The position numbers and the translations under genes were made by a program. Below are positions 8,972 to 18,262 of a DNA stretch of 46,667 nucleotides, in pieces. This stretch comes from Bacteroidales bacterium (GTDB taxonomy: Bacteria; Bacteroidota; Bacteroidia; Bacteroidales; VadinHA17), in assembly GCA_027067975.1 (NCBI GenBank), contig JAMOUS010000112.1, forward strand, positions 1 to 46,667, read 5' to 3'. Positions within the stretch are counted from its first letter, which is position 1. Each line of letters starts with the position of its first letter. The notes under the pieces are model-generated. The model saw nothing but the letters and a program-made list of their open reading frames with translations, was not told where the DNA came from and did no database searches.

Positions 8972-10474
8972 ATGATGAGGAGAGTGATTTTCTTGCTGGC
9001 GGTCTTTTTATTTTTCTGGTTATCCTTTTCCCCTCTTTCTGCACGGCCGCAGGGTGATACCTCCCTTGTGCAGGACACCGTGGCGACGGTGGCAACTCCT
9101 GTTCGGGCCGATAGCGGCGGCAGTGCCTCCCTGGTGGACCGAGGCTCGGGACAGGTGATCTCCTCATCGATGGGGAAAGGTTTTTCCCTCACCTCTTTCT
9201 TGCGGGGGATCCTGGGCATGGCCGTTCTCATCTTTATCTCCTGGATTTTCAGTACCGACCGCCGTGCCATCTCCTGGCGGGTGGTCTTCACCGGCCTTCT
9301 CATCCAGGTGCTCCTGGCGGTGAGCATCCTTTACGTGCCGTTTATCCGGAGCATTTTCGAATATACCGGAAAGATCTTCGTGAAGATCCTCGACTTCACG
9401 GGGGAGGGGACCACCTTCCTCTTCGGAAGCCTGACCGATACCTCCCGGTTCGGGACGATCTTTGCCATCCAGATCCTGCCGACGATCATCTTTTTTTCGG
9501 CCCTGACCTCTTTGTTGTTCTACTGGGGTGTCATCCAGGTGGTGGTGTATGCGCTGGCGTGGATGATGACCAAGGCGCTGAAACTTTCGGGTGCCGAGAG
9601 CCTTTCGGTAGCCGGCAACATTTTTCTGGGGCAGACCGAGTCGCCGCTGATGATCAAGGAGTACATCCCTTTCATGAACAAGTCGGAGATCCTGCTGGTG
9701 ATGATCGGCGGCATGGCCACCCTTGCCGGGGGCGTGCTGGCCGCCTACATCGGCTTTTTGGGGGGATCTGATCCGGTGCAGCGGCTGATCTTTGCCAAAC
9801 ACCTGCTGGCCGCCTCGGTGATGGCCGCCCCCGGGGCAGTGGTGGTGTCGAAGATCCTCGTGCCGCAGACCGAAGAGATCAACTCCAACATCCAGATCAC
9901 CAAGGAGAAGGTGGGCAACAACGTGCTGGATGCCATCTCCAACGGCACCATTCAGGGGCTGAAGCTGGCGGCCAATGTGGCGGCCATGCTGCTGGTGTTC
10001 CTGGCTTTCATCGCTTTTATCAATTACATCCTCATGAAGGTAGGGGCCTGGACCAGCCTCAATGAGTTGATCGACCGCATCACCCAGCACCGCTACCATG
10101 AGCTCTCGCTGCAGTTTATCCTGGGTTATCTGATGGCCCCGCTGATGTGGCTCATCGGCGTGGCCAAGGAGGACATCGCCCTCGTGGGGCAGCTGCTGGG
10201 GGAGAAGATCATCATGACCGAGTTCGTAGGGTACATCAGTCTGGCCAAGATGAAGGCGGCGATGGTCTTCCATGATCCCAAGTCGATCATCATGGCCACA
10301 TACATGCTCTGCGGCTTTGCCAACTTTGCCTCCATCGGTATCCAGATCGGGGGGATCGGTTCGCTGGCGCCCAACAAGCGGTCGCTGCTGGCGCGGTACG
10401 GTATGCGGGCCCTGTTGGGCGGGTCGGTGGCCTCGCTCCTCTCCGCCACGATCATCGGGATGATCCTGGGATAA
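8972..10474 (+). CDS. nupC: NupC/CNT family nucleoside transporter
   Basis: 500 aa. CNT motifs are present (GQTESPL, FANFASIGIQIGGIG). A ~66-aa N-terminal extension carries a signal-like segment. An alternative start at ATG 9170 is possible. Confidence 0.9.
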   Translation: MMRRVIFLLAVFLFFWLSFSPLSARPQGDTSLVQDTVATVATPVRADSGGSASLVDRGSGQVISSSMGKGFSLTSFLRGILGMAVLIFISWIFSTDRRAISWRVVFTGLLIQVLLAVSILYVPFIRSIFEYTGKIFVKILDFTGEGTTFLFGSLTDTSRFGTIFAIQILPTIIFFSALTSLLFYWGVIQVVVYALAWMMTKALKLSGAESLSVAGNIFLGQTESPLMIKEYIPFMNKSEILLVMIGGMATLAGGVLAAYIGFLGGSDPVQRLIFAKHLLAASVMAAPGAVVVSKILVPQTEEINSNIQITKEKVGNNVLDAISNGTIQGLKLAANVAAMLLVFLAFIAFINYILMKVGAWTSLNELIDRITQHRYHELSLQFILGYLMAPLMWLIGVAKEDIALVGQLLGEKIIMTEFVGYISLAKMKAAMVFHDPKSIIMATYMLCGFANFASIGIQIGGIGSLAPNKRSLLARYGMRALLGGSVASLLSATIIGMILG

Positions 10475-10484
10475 GAGAACCGTG

Positions 10485-11618
10485 ATGGAGCAGCAAAAAA
10501 AGATCATTGTCCTTGGAGCCGGACGGGTGGGCAGCGCCATCGCCCTCGACCTGGCCGGCGACTGTGAGGTGACGGCCGTCGACGTCCGGAAGGAGGTCCT
10601 GCAGCCCCTGGTCCGGCGGGGGATCACCCCCCTGTGGGCCGACCTGGCCATGCCGGGTCGCATCGCTGCCCTGGTGGAGTCGTTCGACCTCGTCGTTGGA
10701 GCCCTGCCGGGGTTCATGGGATACCAGGTGGTGAAAGAGGTGATCCGTGCCGGCAAGGACATGGTCGATATCTCTTTCTTCCCCCAGGATCCTTTTACCC
10801 TGGATGAGGAGGCCCGCCAACAGGGGGTGAAGATCGTCATCGACGCCGGCGTGGCCCCCGGCATGAGCAACATCTTCCTGGGGTACTACGACACCCTCAT
10901 GGAGGTGGAGCGGTATGCCTGCTATGTGGGCGGTTTGCCGGTCGTGCGGCAATGGCCTTTTGAATACAAAGCGGTCTTTTCACCTCTCGACGTCATTGAA
11001 GAATATGTCCGTCCGGCCCGTTATATCGAGAACGGCCATCCTGTGGTCAAACCCGCCCTCTCGGACAGCGAGCTCCTCGACTTTGCAGGCATCGGCACCC
11101 TGGAAGCGTGGAATTCCGACGGTCTGCGTACCCTGCTGGTCACCATGAACCACGTGCCCAACATGATCGAGAAGACACTCCGTTATCCGGGGACGGTGGA
11201 GTATCTGAAAGTGTTGCGCGAAAGCGGTTTCTTCTCGTATGAGGAGGTGGAGGTGAACGGTAAGAAGATCCGGCCCGTCGACCTCACGGCCCGTCTCCTT
11301 TTCCGGCAGTGGGAGCTGAAGCCCGGCGAGGAGGACTTTACCGTGATGCGTGTGGAGATCCGGGGCCGTCAAGAGGGGGAGGAGAAGAAGTATGTCTATA
11401 CACTTCTCGACCGTTACGACCGCCGGCAGGGGATGACCTCCATGGCCCGCACCACCGGCTTCACCTGTACCGCCCTGGTGCGGCTGATGCTGGAGGGTAA
11501 GATCGAAGGGAGCGGCATCCTCCCGCCGGAAAAAGTGGCGCGAAAGGGAGAGAATTTTTCATTCATCCTGGATCATCTCGAAGAACGCGGGGTGCATTAC
11601 GATCTGAAAACCGAATGA
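10485..11618 (+). CDS. Saccharopine dehydrogenase family NAD(P)-binding protein
   Basis: N-terminal Rossmann motif IIVLGAGRVGSAIA, with length and pattern typical of the saccharopine dehydrogenase-like family. The substrate cannot be called. A GTG at 10482 precedes the ATG at 10485. Confidence 0.8.
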   Translation: MEQQKKIIVLGAGRVGSAIALDLAGDCEVTAVDVRKEVLQPLVRRGITPLWADLAMPGRIAALVESFDLVVGALPGFMGYQVVKEVIRAGKDMVDISFFPQDPFTLDEEARQQGVKIVIDAGVAPGMSNIFLGYYDTLMEVERYACYVGGLPVVRQWPFEYKAVFSPLDVIEEYVRPARYIENGHPVVKPALSDSELLDFAGIGTLEAWNSDGLRTLLVTMNHVPNMIEKTLRYPGTVEYLKVLRESGFFSYEEVEVNGKKIRPVDLTARLLFRQWELKPGEEDFTVMRVEIRGRQEGEEKKYVYTLLDRYDRRQGMTSMARTTGFTCTALVRLMLEGKIEGSGILPPEKVARKGENFSFILDHLEERGVHYDLKTE

Positions 11619-11621
11619 ACC

Positions 11622-13568
11622 ATGAAAAAGACACTGATCCTTCTGTTTGCATTGATGATGCCTTTTCCGTGGGCGATGGCGCGCGACCGGGTGGTGCTTT
11701 CGCCCGACGGCCATATGAAGCTGGTCATCCACACCGCGGGCACGCTTTCTTTCACGCTCTTGCGGGATGACAGCCTGGTGGTGCAGGTGCCGGCCCTCTC
11801 CCTGCAAGTGGGCGAACAGTTGATCCCCCAACTCAACGACCGTCTGCGCAAGGTGGTGAAGACCTCCCGGGACGAGATCCTGCATCCCGTCGTGCCGGTG
11901 AAGAACCGTGCAGTGAGAAACCGCTACCACGGGGTGGTGTTGCAGTACCGCAGTGGCTATGCGGTGGAGTTCCGTCTCTTCGACGACGGTGTGGGCTACC
12001 GTTTTATCACGCACTTCCCCGACACGGTTGAGGTACGTGAGGAGACGGTGCGTTTTCTCTTCCCTGCCGGGACGATGGCGTGGTATCCGCGCGAGGAGGG
12101 CTTTTTCTCGCACAACGAACGGCTGTATGACCATCTTCCTGTGACGAAGATCGGCCGGGGGGAGTTGGCCAGTCTGCCGGCCCTTTTTGCGGTGCCGCAG
12201 GGGACGTATGTGGTGGTGTGTGAGTCGGACCTGCGGGACTATCCCGGCATGTGGCTGCAGGGGACGGGCGAAGAGGCTGTCGAGGCGGTCTTTCCGCGCT
12301 ATCCCCTGAAGACCGAGCAGACACGCGACCGCAACGTGAAGCCGGTGGTGCGGGCCGACTACCTGGCGCGTACGGCCGGCAGCCGCACCTTCCCCTGGCG
12401 TGTGCTGGCCGTGGCCCCCCATGCGGCCGACCTCCTGGAGAACGAGATCGTCTACCGCCTGGCGTCCCCCAACAAACTGGACGATGCCTCCTGGATCAAA
12501 CCCGGCCTGGTGGCATGGGACTGGTGGAACGCCCTCAACGTCTACGGCGTCGATTTCAAGTCGGGAGTCAATACGGAGACCTACAAATATTTTGTCGACT
12601 TTGCCTCCGGTCACCATATCCCTTACATCATCCTCGACGAAGGATGGTATAAACTGGGGAACCTGCTTGACATCAATCCCGATGTCGACCTGCAGGAGCT
12701 GCTGCGCTATGCAAAGCAAAAGGATGTGGGGATCATCCTGTGGGTGGTGTGGAAGACCCTGGATGACCAGCTGCAGGAGGCTCTTGACAGCTTTGCCGTC
12801 TGGGGTGTCAAGGGCATCAAGGTCGATTTCATGCAGCGCGACGACCAGTGGATGGTGGATTATTACCGCAAGGTGGCCCGTGAGGCGGCCAAACGGCATC
12901 TGTTGGTCGACTTTCACGGCGCATACAAGCCTTCCGGTCTGCGGCGCGAGTATCCCAATGTGCTCACCCGCGAGGGGGTGAAGGGGTTGGAGAACAACAA
13001 GTGGTGCGATTGCATCACCCCGCAGCACAATGTCACCCTTCCCTTCATCCGTATGGTGCCGGGACCGATGGATTATACCCCCGGGGCGATGGTCAATGCC
13101 CATAAGAAAAACTTCCACGTCTCTTGGGATCGCCCCATGAGCATGACCACCCGCGTACAACAGCTGGCGATGTACGTGGTGTACGAAAGCCCATTGCAGA
13201 TGCTGGCGGACAATCCTTCTAACTATTTGCGCGAGCCCGAATGCCTGGGGTTTCTCTCCTCCGTGCCGACCACCTGGGATGAGACGCACGCCCTCGCCGG
13301 CGAGGTGGGGGAATATGTGGCGGTGGCCCGCCGCAAGGGAGAAAAGTGGTACGTGGGGGTCATGAACGGAGAAAAACCGCGCGATCTCGATCTCGACCTC
13401 TCCTTACTTCCCGAAGGGAAATGGAAGGTCACGGTCTATGAGGACGGTATCAATGCCGACCGTTATGCCCAAGATTACCGGAAAAGAACCCTCACTTTCA
13501 CCGGAGGGGAGCTCAAGGTGCATCTGGCCGAAGGTGGCGGCTGGGTGGGGGTCTTTGAAAAAGAATGA
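11622..13568 (+). CDS. Glycoside hydrolase family 97 (alpha-glucosidase/alpha-galactosidase type), secreted
   Basis: 648 aa with a signal peptide. GH97-typical blocks are present: WDWWN, GIKVDFMQRDDQ, TREGVKGLE, DYTPGAM. Confidence 0.9.
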   Translation: MKKTLILLFALMMPFPWAMARDRVVLSPDGHMKLVIHTAGTLSFTLLRDDSLVVQVPALSLQVGEQLIPQLNDRLRKVVKTSRDEILHPVVPVKNRAVRNRYHGVVLQYRSGYAVEFRLFDDGVGYRFITHFPDTVEVREETVRFLFPAGTMAWYPREEGFFSHNERLYDHLPVTKIGRGELASLPALFAVPQGTYVVVCESDLRDYPGMWLQGTGEEAVEAVFPRYPLKTEQTRDRNVKPVVRADYLARTAGSRTFPWRVLAVAPHAADLLENEIVYRLASPNKLDDASWIKPGLVAWDWWNALNVYGVDFKSGVNTETYKYFVDFASGHHIPYIILDEGWYKLGNLLDINPDVDLQELLRYAKQKDVGIILWVVWKTLDDQLQEALDSFAVWGVKGIKVDFMQRDDQWMVDYYRKVAREAAKRHLLVDFHGAYKPSGLRREYPNVLTREGVKGLENNKWCDCITPQHNVTLPFIRMVPGPMDYTPGAMVNAHKKNFHVSWDRPMSMTTRVQQLAMYVVYESPLQMLADNPSNYLREPECLGFLSSVPTTWDETHALAGEVGEYVAVARRKGEKWYVGVMNGEKPRDLDLDLSLLPEGKWKVTVYEDGINADRYAQDYRKRTLTFTGGELKVHLAEGGGWVGVFEKE

Positions 13569-14911
13569 TCATGAAAAGAAGATTTTCCTTTCTGTTCTTC
13601 ATTATTGTCATTGTCTGTCTGCTGTTACCGGAAAGGTTGGCTGCCCAGCTGCCGGATCTGCGGGTGCTGGAGGCCGAACATTTCCTGGAGTTGTTAGTGC
13701 AGGGACGTTATGATGAAGCGGCGAGTCGTTTCGACTCGGTGGTGGCGGCACGTTTGCCGGCGGTGATGTTGCAACAGGTGTGGGAGAGCCTGCAACAACA
13801 GGTGGGGAGATTTGAGAAGTATGAGCATTTTACGGTGACCCGTTCCGATCCCTATTTTTCCGTACGGCTCACCCTGCGTTTTGCCAAGGGTGTCTTGCTC
13901 GACCTCAAGCTGGTGTACGACGACCGGGATCGGATCACGGGGATCTTTTTTTTACCGGCGAAGCAGCAACCCTATCAGTTGCCGGACTACGCGGACACAT
14001 CGGCTTTTCATCGCGAGCCGCTGAAAGTCCGTACCGGTCGGTATGTCTTGCACGGGGAGCTGACCACCCCTGCCGGGCCGCTCATTTATCCGGTGGTGGT
14101 GATGGTACAAGGCTCCGGTCCCGCCGATATGGATGAGACCATCGGCCCCAACCGCATCTTCCGGGACATTGCCTATGGCCTCTCTTCCCACGGCATTGCG
14201 GTGATCCGGTACAACAAGCGCACGTATGAATATGCGGGCAGGCTGGATCCCGATTCCCTGACGGTGTGGGAGGAGACCATCGACGATGCGGTGTCGGCGG
14301 TGCGGTTGGCGAAAGCGATCCCCGGGGCGAGCGGGGTCTTTTTGCTGGGTCATTCACTGGGGGCTTACCTGGCCCCCCGCATTGCCACGAAGGTGCCGGG
14401 GCTTTCCGGCCTCGTGCTTATGGCCGGCAACACACGGCCGCTTCCGCGCCTCATCCTCGACCAGATGGAGTACCTCTATTCCCTGGATACCCTCACGGCT
14501 GAGGAGCGAGCCCGTCTCGACACATTGCGCAAAAAGGTGGAACGGGTACTGAAAGGCGATTTCGACACGACCACCCCCGCAGCGGACCTGCCCTTGGGCA
14601 TCCCGGCACGTTACTGGCTCGACCTTCGGAATTACGATCCCGTGGCCACCGCACAAAGCCTCGAGCTGCCCATGTTGATCATGCAGGGAGGGCGCGACTA
14701 CCAGGTGACCACCTTCGACTTCAACGAGTGGAAACATGCCTTGTCCCACCGAAACAACGTCGACTTCCGCATGTACCGTAACCTTGACCACCTCTTCCTC
14801 CCCGGCGAAGGGAAAAGCCGTCCTTCCGACTACCTCATCCCCTCCCATGTGCCGGAAAAGGTGATCCTCGATATCGCCGAATGGATCAAGACGGTGCCGT
14901 CAAAAAAGTAA
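13565..14911 (+). CDS. Alpha/beta hydrolase with N-terminal DUF3887-like domain, secreted
   Basis: 448 aa with a signal peptide and the nucleophile elbow GHSLGA. It has an ATGA overlap with the GH97 stop. Confidence 0.8.
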   Translation: MIMKRRFSFLFFIIVIVCLLLPERLAAQLPDLRVLEAEHFLELLVQGRYDEAASRFDSVVAARLPAVMLQQVWESLQQQVGRFEKYEHFTVTRSDPYFSVRLTLRFAKGVLLDLKLVYDDRDRITGIFFLPAKQQPYQLPDYADTSAFHREPLKVRTGRYVLHGELTTPAGPLIYPVVVMVQGSGPADMDETIGPNRIFRDIAYGLSSHGIAVIRYNKRTYEYAGRLDPDSLTVWEETIDDAVSAVRLAKAIPGASGVFLLGHSLGAYLAPRIATKVPGLSGLVLMAGNTRPLPRLILDQMEYLYSLDTLTAEERARLDTLRKKVERVLKGDFDTTTPAADLPLGIPARYWLDLRNYDPVATAQSLELPMLIMQGGRDYQVTTFDFNEWKHALSHRNNVDFRMYRNLDHLFLPGEGKSRPSDYLIPSHVPEKVILDIAEWIKTVPSKK

Positions 14912-14973
14912 ACCGGAACGGTGCGAAATTTTGTAAGTTTGAAGCGGATTGAACGTGAAAAATACCGGACGAT

Positions 14974-15768
14974 ATGCAGCAATACCTGCAATTATGTGAA
15001 CATGTGCTGAAACACGGGGTGCGGAAACACGACCGCACCGGAACGGGGACCCTCAGTGTCTTCGGCCACCAGATGCGTTTCGACCTCTCCCGGGGGTTTC
15101 CGCTGCTGACGACCAAGAAGCTTCATTACAAGTCGATCCTTTATGAACTTTTATGGTTTCTGCGGGGGGATACCAACATCAAGTATCTGAACGATCATGG
15201 GGTGACGATCTGGGACGAGTGGGCCGACGAAAAGGGAGACCTGGGACACATCTACGGGTATCAATGGCGTTCGTGGCCCACGCCCGACGGCAAAGGCATC
15301 GATCAGATCTCGCGGGTGGTCGAGTCGATCCGGAACAATCCCGATTCACGCCGCCACATTGTGAGTGCGTGGAACGTGAGCGACCTCGACAAGATGGCGT
15401 TGCCGCCCTGCCATATCCTCTTTCAGTTCTACGTGGCCGACGGAAAGCTTTCGGTGCAATTGTACCAGCGCAGTGCGGACATCTTCCTCGGCGTGCCGTT
15501 CAACATCGCTTCGTACTCACTCTTGCTGCTGATGATGGCCCAGGTGACGGGGTTGCAGCCGGGCGAGTTCATCCACACCTTAGGGGATGCCCATATCTAC
15601 CTTAACCACATTGAGCAGGTGAAACTCCAACTGACGCGCAAACCCTATCCCCTTCCCACAATGCGTCTCAACCCGGAGAAAAAGTGTATCTTTGATTTTG
15701 AATATGAGGATTTTGTGCTGGAGAACTACCAGGCGCATCCGCATATCAAAGGGGAGATCTCGGTATGA
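14974..15768 (+). CDS. thyA: Thymidylate synthase
   Basis: 264 aa with [12 protein letters not shown] and the overall ThyA pattern. Confidence 0.97.
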   Translation: MQQYLQLCEHVLKHGVRKHDRTGTGTLSVFGHQMRFDLSRGFPLLTTKKLHYKSILYELLWFLRGDTNIKYLNDHGVTIWDEWADEKGDLGHIYGYQWRSWPTPDGKGIDQISRVVESIRNNPDSRRHIVSAWNVSDLDKMALPPCHILFQFYVADGKLSVQLYQRSADIFLGVPFNIASYSLLLLMMAQVTGLQPGEFIHTLGDAHIYLNHIEQVKLQLTRKPYPLPTMRLNPEKKCIFDFEYEDFVLENYQAHPHIKGEISV

Positions 15769-16265
15769 AGGAAAAGACCCTCTCGATCATTGTGGCGGTG
15801 GCCGAGAACATGGCCATTGGCAAGGATAATCAGCTCTTGTGGTACATCTCCGATGATCTGAAGCGTTTCAAGCGCATCACCTCCGGCCATCCGGTGATCA
15901 TGGGGAAGCGTACATGGGAGTCGTTGCCGGTGCGGCCGTTGCCGGGGCGGATGAACATCGTCCTCACGGATGTGCCGGGCGAGGAGATCGAAGGAGCCGT
16001 GACCGTGCATTCCCTGGAAGAGGCGGTGGAGCGCTGCCCGGCGGGGGAGGAGTGCTTCATCATCGGCGGCGGGTCGGTGTACCGCCAGTTCCTGCCCTTT
16101 GCCGACAAGCTCTATATCACCCGGGTGAACCGGGCTTTCGAGGCCGACACTTTCTTCCCGGAGATCAATGAAAAAGAATGGAAACTGGTCTCGCGCGAGG
16201 AGATCCGCGATGACCCCTCCGTGCCCTTTACCTACGACTACCTCATCTATGAGCGGTACGGGTAA
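15765..16265 (+). CDS. folA: Dihydrofolate reductase
   Basis: 166 aa with [18 protein letters not shown] and GRKTWESL motifs. It overlaps thyA by 4 nt. Confidence 0.95.
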   Translation: MKEKTLSIIVAVAENMAIGKDNQLLWYISDDLKRFKRITSGHPVIMGKRTWESLPVRPLPGRMNIVLTDVPGEEIEGAVTVHSLEEAVERCPAGEECFIIGGGSVYRQFLPFADKLYITRVNRAFEADTFFPEINEKEWKLVSREEIRDDPSVPFTYDYLIYERYG

Positions 16266-16368
16266 TTTTTTTCTTCCCCATTAAACCTTTTTTGTTTTCG
16301 GGAGTCCAAAGGGTGGTTGCCTGGAAAAAGGGCAATGTATGAGATGTGTACCTAAAAAAAAGAAAACT

Positions 16369-17253
16369 ATGAGAACGAGAAATTGGATCTTCATGATGTT
16401 GCTGGCGGCAGGGACCGGGTTTTTGTTCACCTCCTGCCAGAAGGAAGAGGGCACGGATGCACCTTCCATTTCGAAAGACGAGGTGGCCACGGTGGAAGAT
16501 AACACCCTGATGGAAGCCTTGCTGGATGATGCGATGGACGAGGCCGACCGTGCCGTGATGACGGTGGACGACTGGATTTTCAACAGCGAAGGGTCGACCC
16601 TCAAGTCGGCCATGGTCGACACCTGTCCCAAGATCACGGTCGACCGGCCGGACAGTACGCGGTGGCCGAAGGTGATCACCATTGATTACGGGGATCTCTG
16701 TACCGGTTTTAACGGACACACCCGCAGCGGCAAGATCGTCATCACCATTTGGGGCCGTTATATGAAGCCGGGTTCCAAACGGGTGGTAGAGCTGGTCGAT
16801 TATTATGTCAACGGCATCCATGTGGAAGGCACGCGTACCGTGATGAACGAAGGCCGCAACGACAACGGGAATCTGGTGTTCAGTGTCGAGCTGAAGGATG
16901 GCAAGATCACACGGAACGACACCACTTTCATGACGCGTGAATATGTCCGGTTCCGTGAATGGGTCAACGGCGAGAAGACACGCAACCGCTGGGACGATGT
17001 CTTCTTCATCACGGGAGAGTCGTCGGGAGTGAACTTCCGCGGCCACACCTATCACAAGACCATCGTCAACCCGCTGGAGTGGGCTCGTAGCTGCCGTTTC
17101 ATCAAGAGCGGGACGGTCTCCATCCGCATCGACGACCGTCCGCCGGTGATCCTCGACTATGGTGACGGTACCTGTGACAACAAGGCCACCCTCACCCGCA
17201 ACGGCGTCACCAAAGAGATCCTCCTGAAATACCACAGGAAAAGAAAACCCTGA
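16369..17253 (+). CDS. Hypothetical lipoprotein
   Basis: The ORF starts at 16339. The ATG at 16369 gives MRTRNWIFMMLLAAGTGFLFTSC (lipobox). I recognise no family. Confidence 0.65.
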   Translation: MRTRNWIFMMLLAAGTGFLFTSCQKEEGTDAPSISKDEVATVEDNTLMEALLDDAMDEADRAVMTVDDWIFNSEGSTLKSAMVDTCPKITVDRPDSTRWPKVITIDYGDLCTGFNGHTRSGKIVITIWGRYMKPGSKRVVELVDYYVNGIHVEGTRTVMNEGRNDNGNLVFSVELKDGKITRNDTTFMTREYVRFREWVNGEKTRNRWDDVFFITGESSGVNFRGHTYHKTIVNPLEWARSCRFIKSGTVSIRIDDRPPVILDYGDGTCDNKATLTRNGVTKEILLKYHRKRKP

Positions 17254-17277
17254 TGATCAGGTAGTGAAAAAGTAAAG

Positions 17278-17311
17278 AAAAACCGGTCTTTTGAAGACCG
17301 GTTTTTCTTTT
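17278..17311. terminator. Bidirectional intrinsic terminator between the lipoprotein gene and trpA
   Basis: Perfect 13-bp inverted repeat AAAAACCGGTCTT / AAGACCGGTTTTT (17278-17290 / 17294-17306) with a 3-nt loop. T-runs follow it on both strands. Confidence 0.8.
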
Positions 17312-17338
17312 TGATATTCAGCAGAGGAAGAGGATGTA

Positions 17339-17371
17339 GCTACGTAGTTGGCTACGTAGGCAGCTACGTAG
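17339..17371. repeat. Three direct copies of GCTACGTAG (palindromic core CTACGTAG) at exact 12-bp spacing
   Basis: Copies lie at 17339-17347, 17351-17359 and 17363-17371, in the non-coding gap downstream of trpA. Confidence 0.9.
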
Positions 17372-17445
17372 ATAATGGTTTTGGTGCTGTAAGGGTATGT
17401 TTGTCAGATGGTTGTGGGGGATCGTGCGGGAAGGGTGAACGGAGG

Positions 17446-18231
17446 TCAGGAGGAAGGGTCTGCGCGGAGGTTTCGGAGGAAGTTCCGTGTGGCCTGCTCG
17501 ATATCGGAGGCTTTTTCAAGGGCTTTGATATAGGCGCTCCCGACGATGGCGCCGTGAAGATGGCGGGTGGCCTGGCGGTATGTGATCGCGTTGGAGATGC
17601 CGAAACCCGCCACGAGGGGGGTCTTCAGCCCCAGGGTGGCCAGACGTTTGAAATAGGCAAGTTGCTCTTCGGAGAAGGTGTCACGGACCCCCGTGGTCGC
17701 CCGGGAAGAGACGACGTACAAAAATCCTTCGCCGTGTTCGTCGAGGAAGCGGATCCGTTCTTCCGGTGTCTGAGGGGTGAGGAGGAAAATGTTCTTCAGA
17801 TCGTGTTCCCGGAAGATCTTCAGGTGTTTTTCAAGGTATTCTTCGGGGGGAAGGTCGGGGATGATCAAGCCGTCGATGCCGGCGGCGGCCGCGTCGTGGC
17901 AAAGGCGTTCCAGACCGTAGCGGAGGATGGGGTTCAGGTAGCTCATCAGCAGCAGGGGGACCGTGTTCCCGTTGCGGACTTCTTCCAGTTGTTCAAGGAT
18001 CCTGTGCAAGGTGATGCCGTTGTCGAGGGCGCGGCGGCTGCTCTGTTGGATCACCGGACCGTCGGCTACGGGATCCGAAAAGGGGACGCCCACTTCGATC
18101 ATGTCGGCCCCGTGGCGTCCCAGGGCCCGGATCACGCTGGCGGTGCTCTCCCGTTCCGGAAAGCCCGCCGTGAAATAGACGGAGAGGATGTTCTGCTTTT
18201 TTTCCCGGAAAAGGCGGTCGATTCGGTTCAT
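17446..18231 (-). CDS. trpA: Tryptophan synthase alpha chain
   Basis: The track ORF runs to 18729, but the upstream part overlaps trpB. The ATG at 18231 gives MNRIDRLFREKKQNILSVYFTAGFP..., 261 aa, a canonical TrpA. Confidence 0.95.
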   Translation of the reverse strand: MNRIDRLFREKKQNILSVYFTAGFPERESTASVIRALGRHGADMIEVGVPFSDPVADGPVIQQSSRRALDNGITLHRILEQLEEVRNGNTVPLLLMSYLNPILRYGLERLCHDAAAAGIDGLIIPDLPPEEYLEKHLKIFREHDLKNIFLLTPQTPEERIRFLDEHGEGFLYVVSSRATTGVRDTFSEEQLAYFKRLATLGLKTPLVAGFGISNAITYRQATRHLHGAIVGSAYIKALEKASDIEQATRNFLRNLRADPSS

Positions 18232-18262
18232 AGGGCAGGAAATTTTTTTTGCTGTGCAGGGG

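Noticed and set aside
8931-9169. A possible riboswitch or long leader upstream of nupC if translation starts at ATG 9170.
   Set aside because: The region is open in the nupC frame from ATG 8972 and encodes a plausible signal-like N-terminus. I could not recognise any known riboswitch core by eye. Start-site ambiguity is noted in the feature entry.
9164-10873. Long ORFs antisense to or out of frame with well-identified genes. Examples: 9164-10873(-), 11559-13289(-), 17311-18282(+), 18188-19726(+), 20920-22497(+), 22660-23934(+), 24186-25145(+), 26203-27696(+), 27761-29020(-), 31570-33216(-), 38960-39979(-), 42446-43603(-), 43588-44643(-), 45389-46510(-).
   Set aside because: Each lies opposite a gene with unmistakable conserved motifs. 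Their translations are Arg/Gly/Pro/His-rich or otherwise low-information with no recognisable motifs, as expected for stop-poor shadow frames in GC-rich coding DNA.
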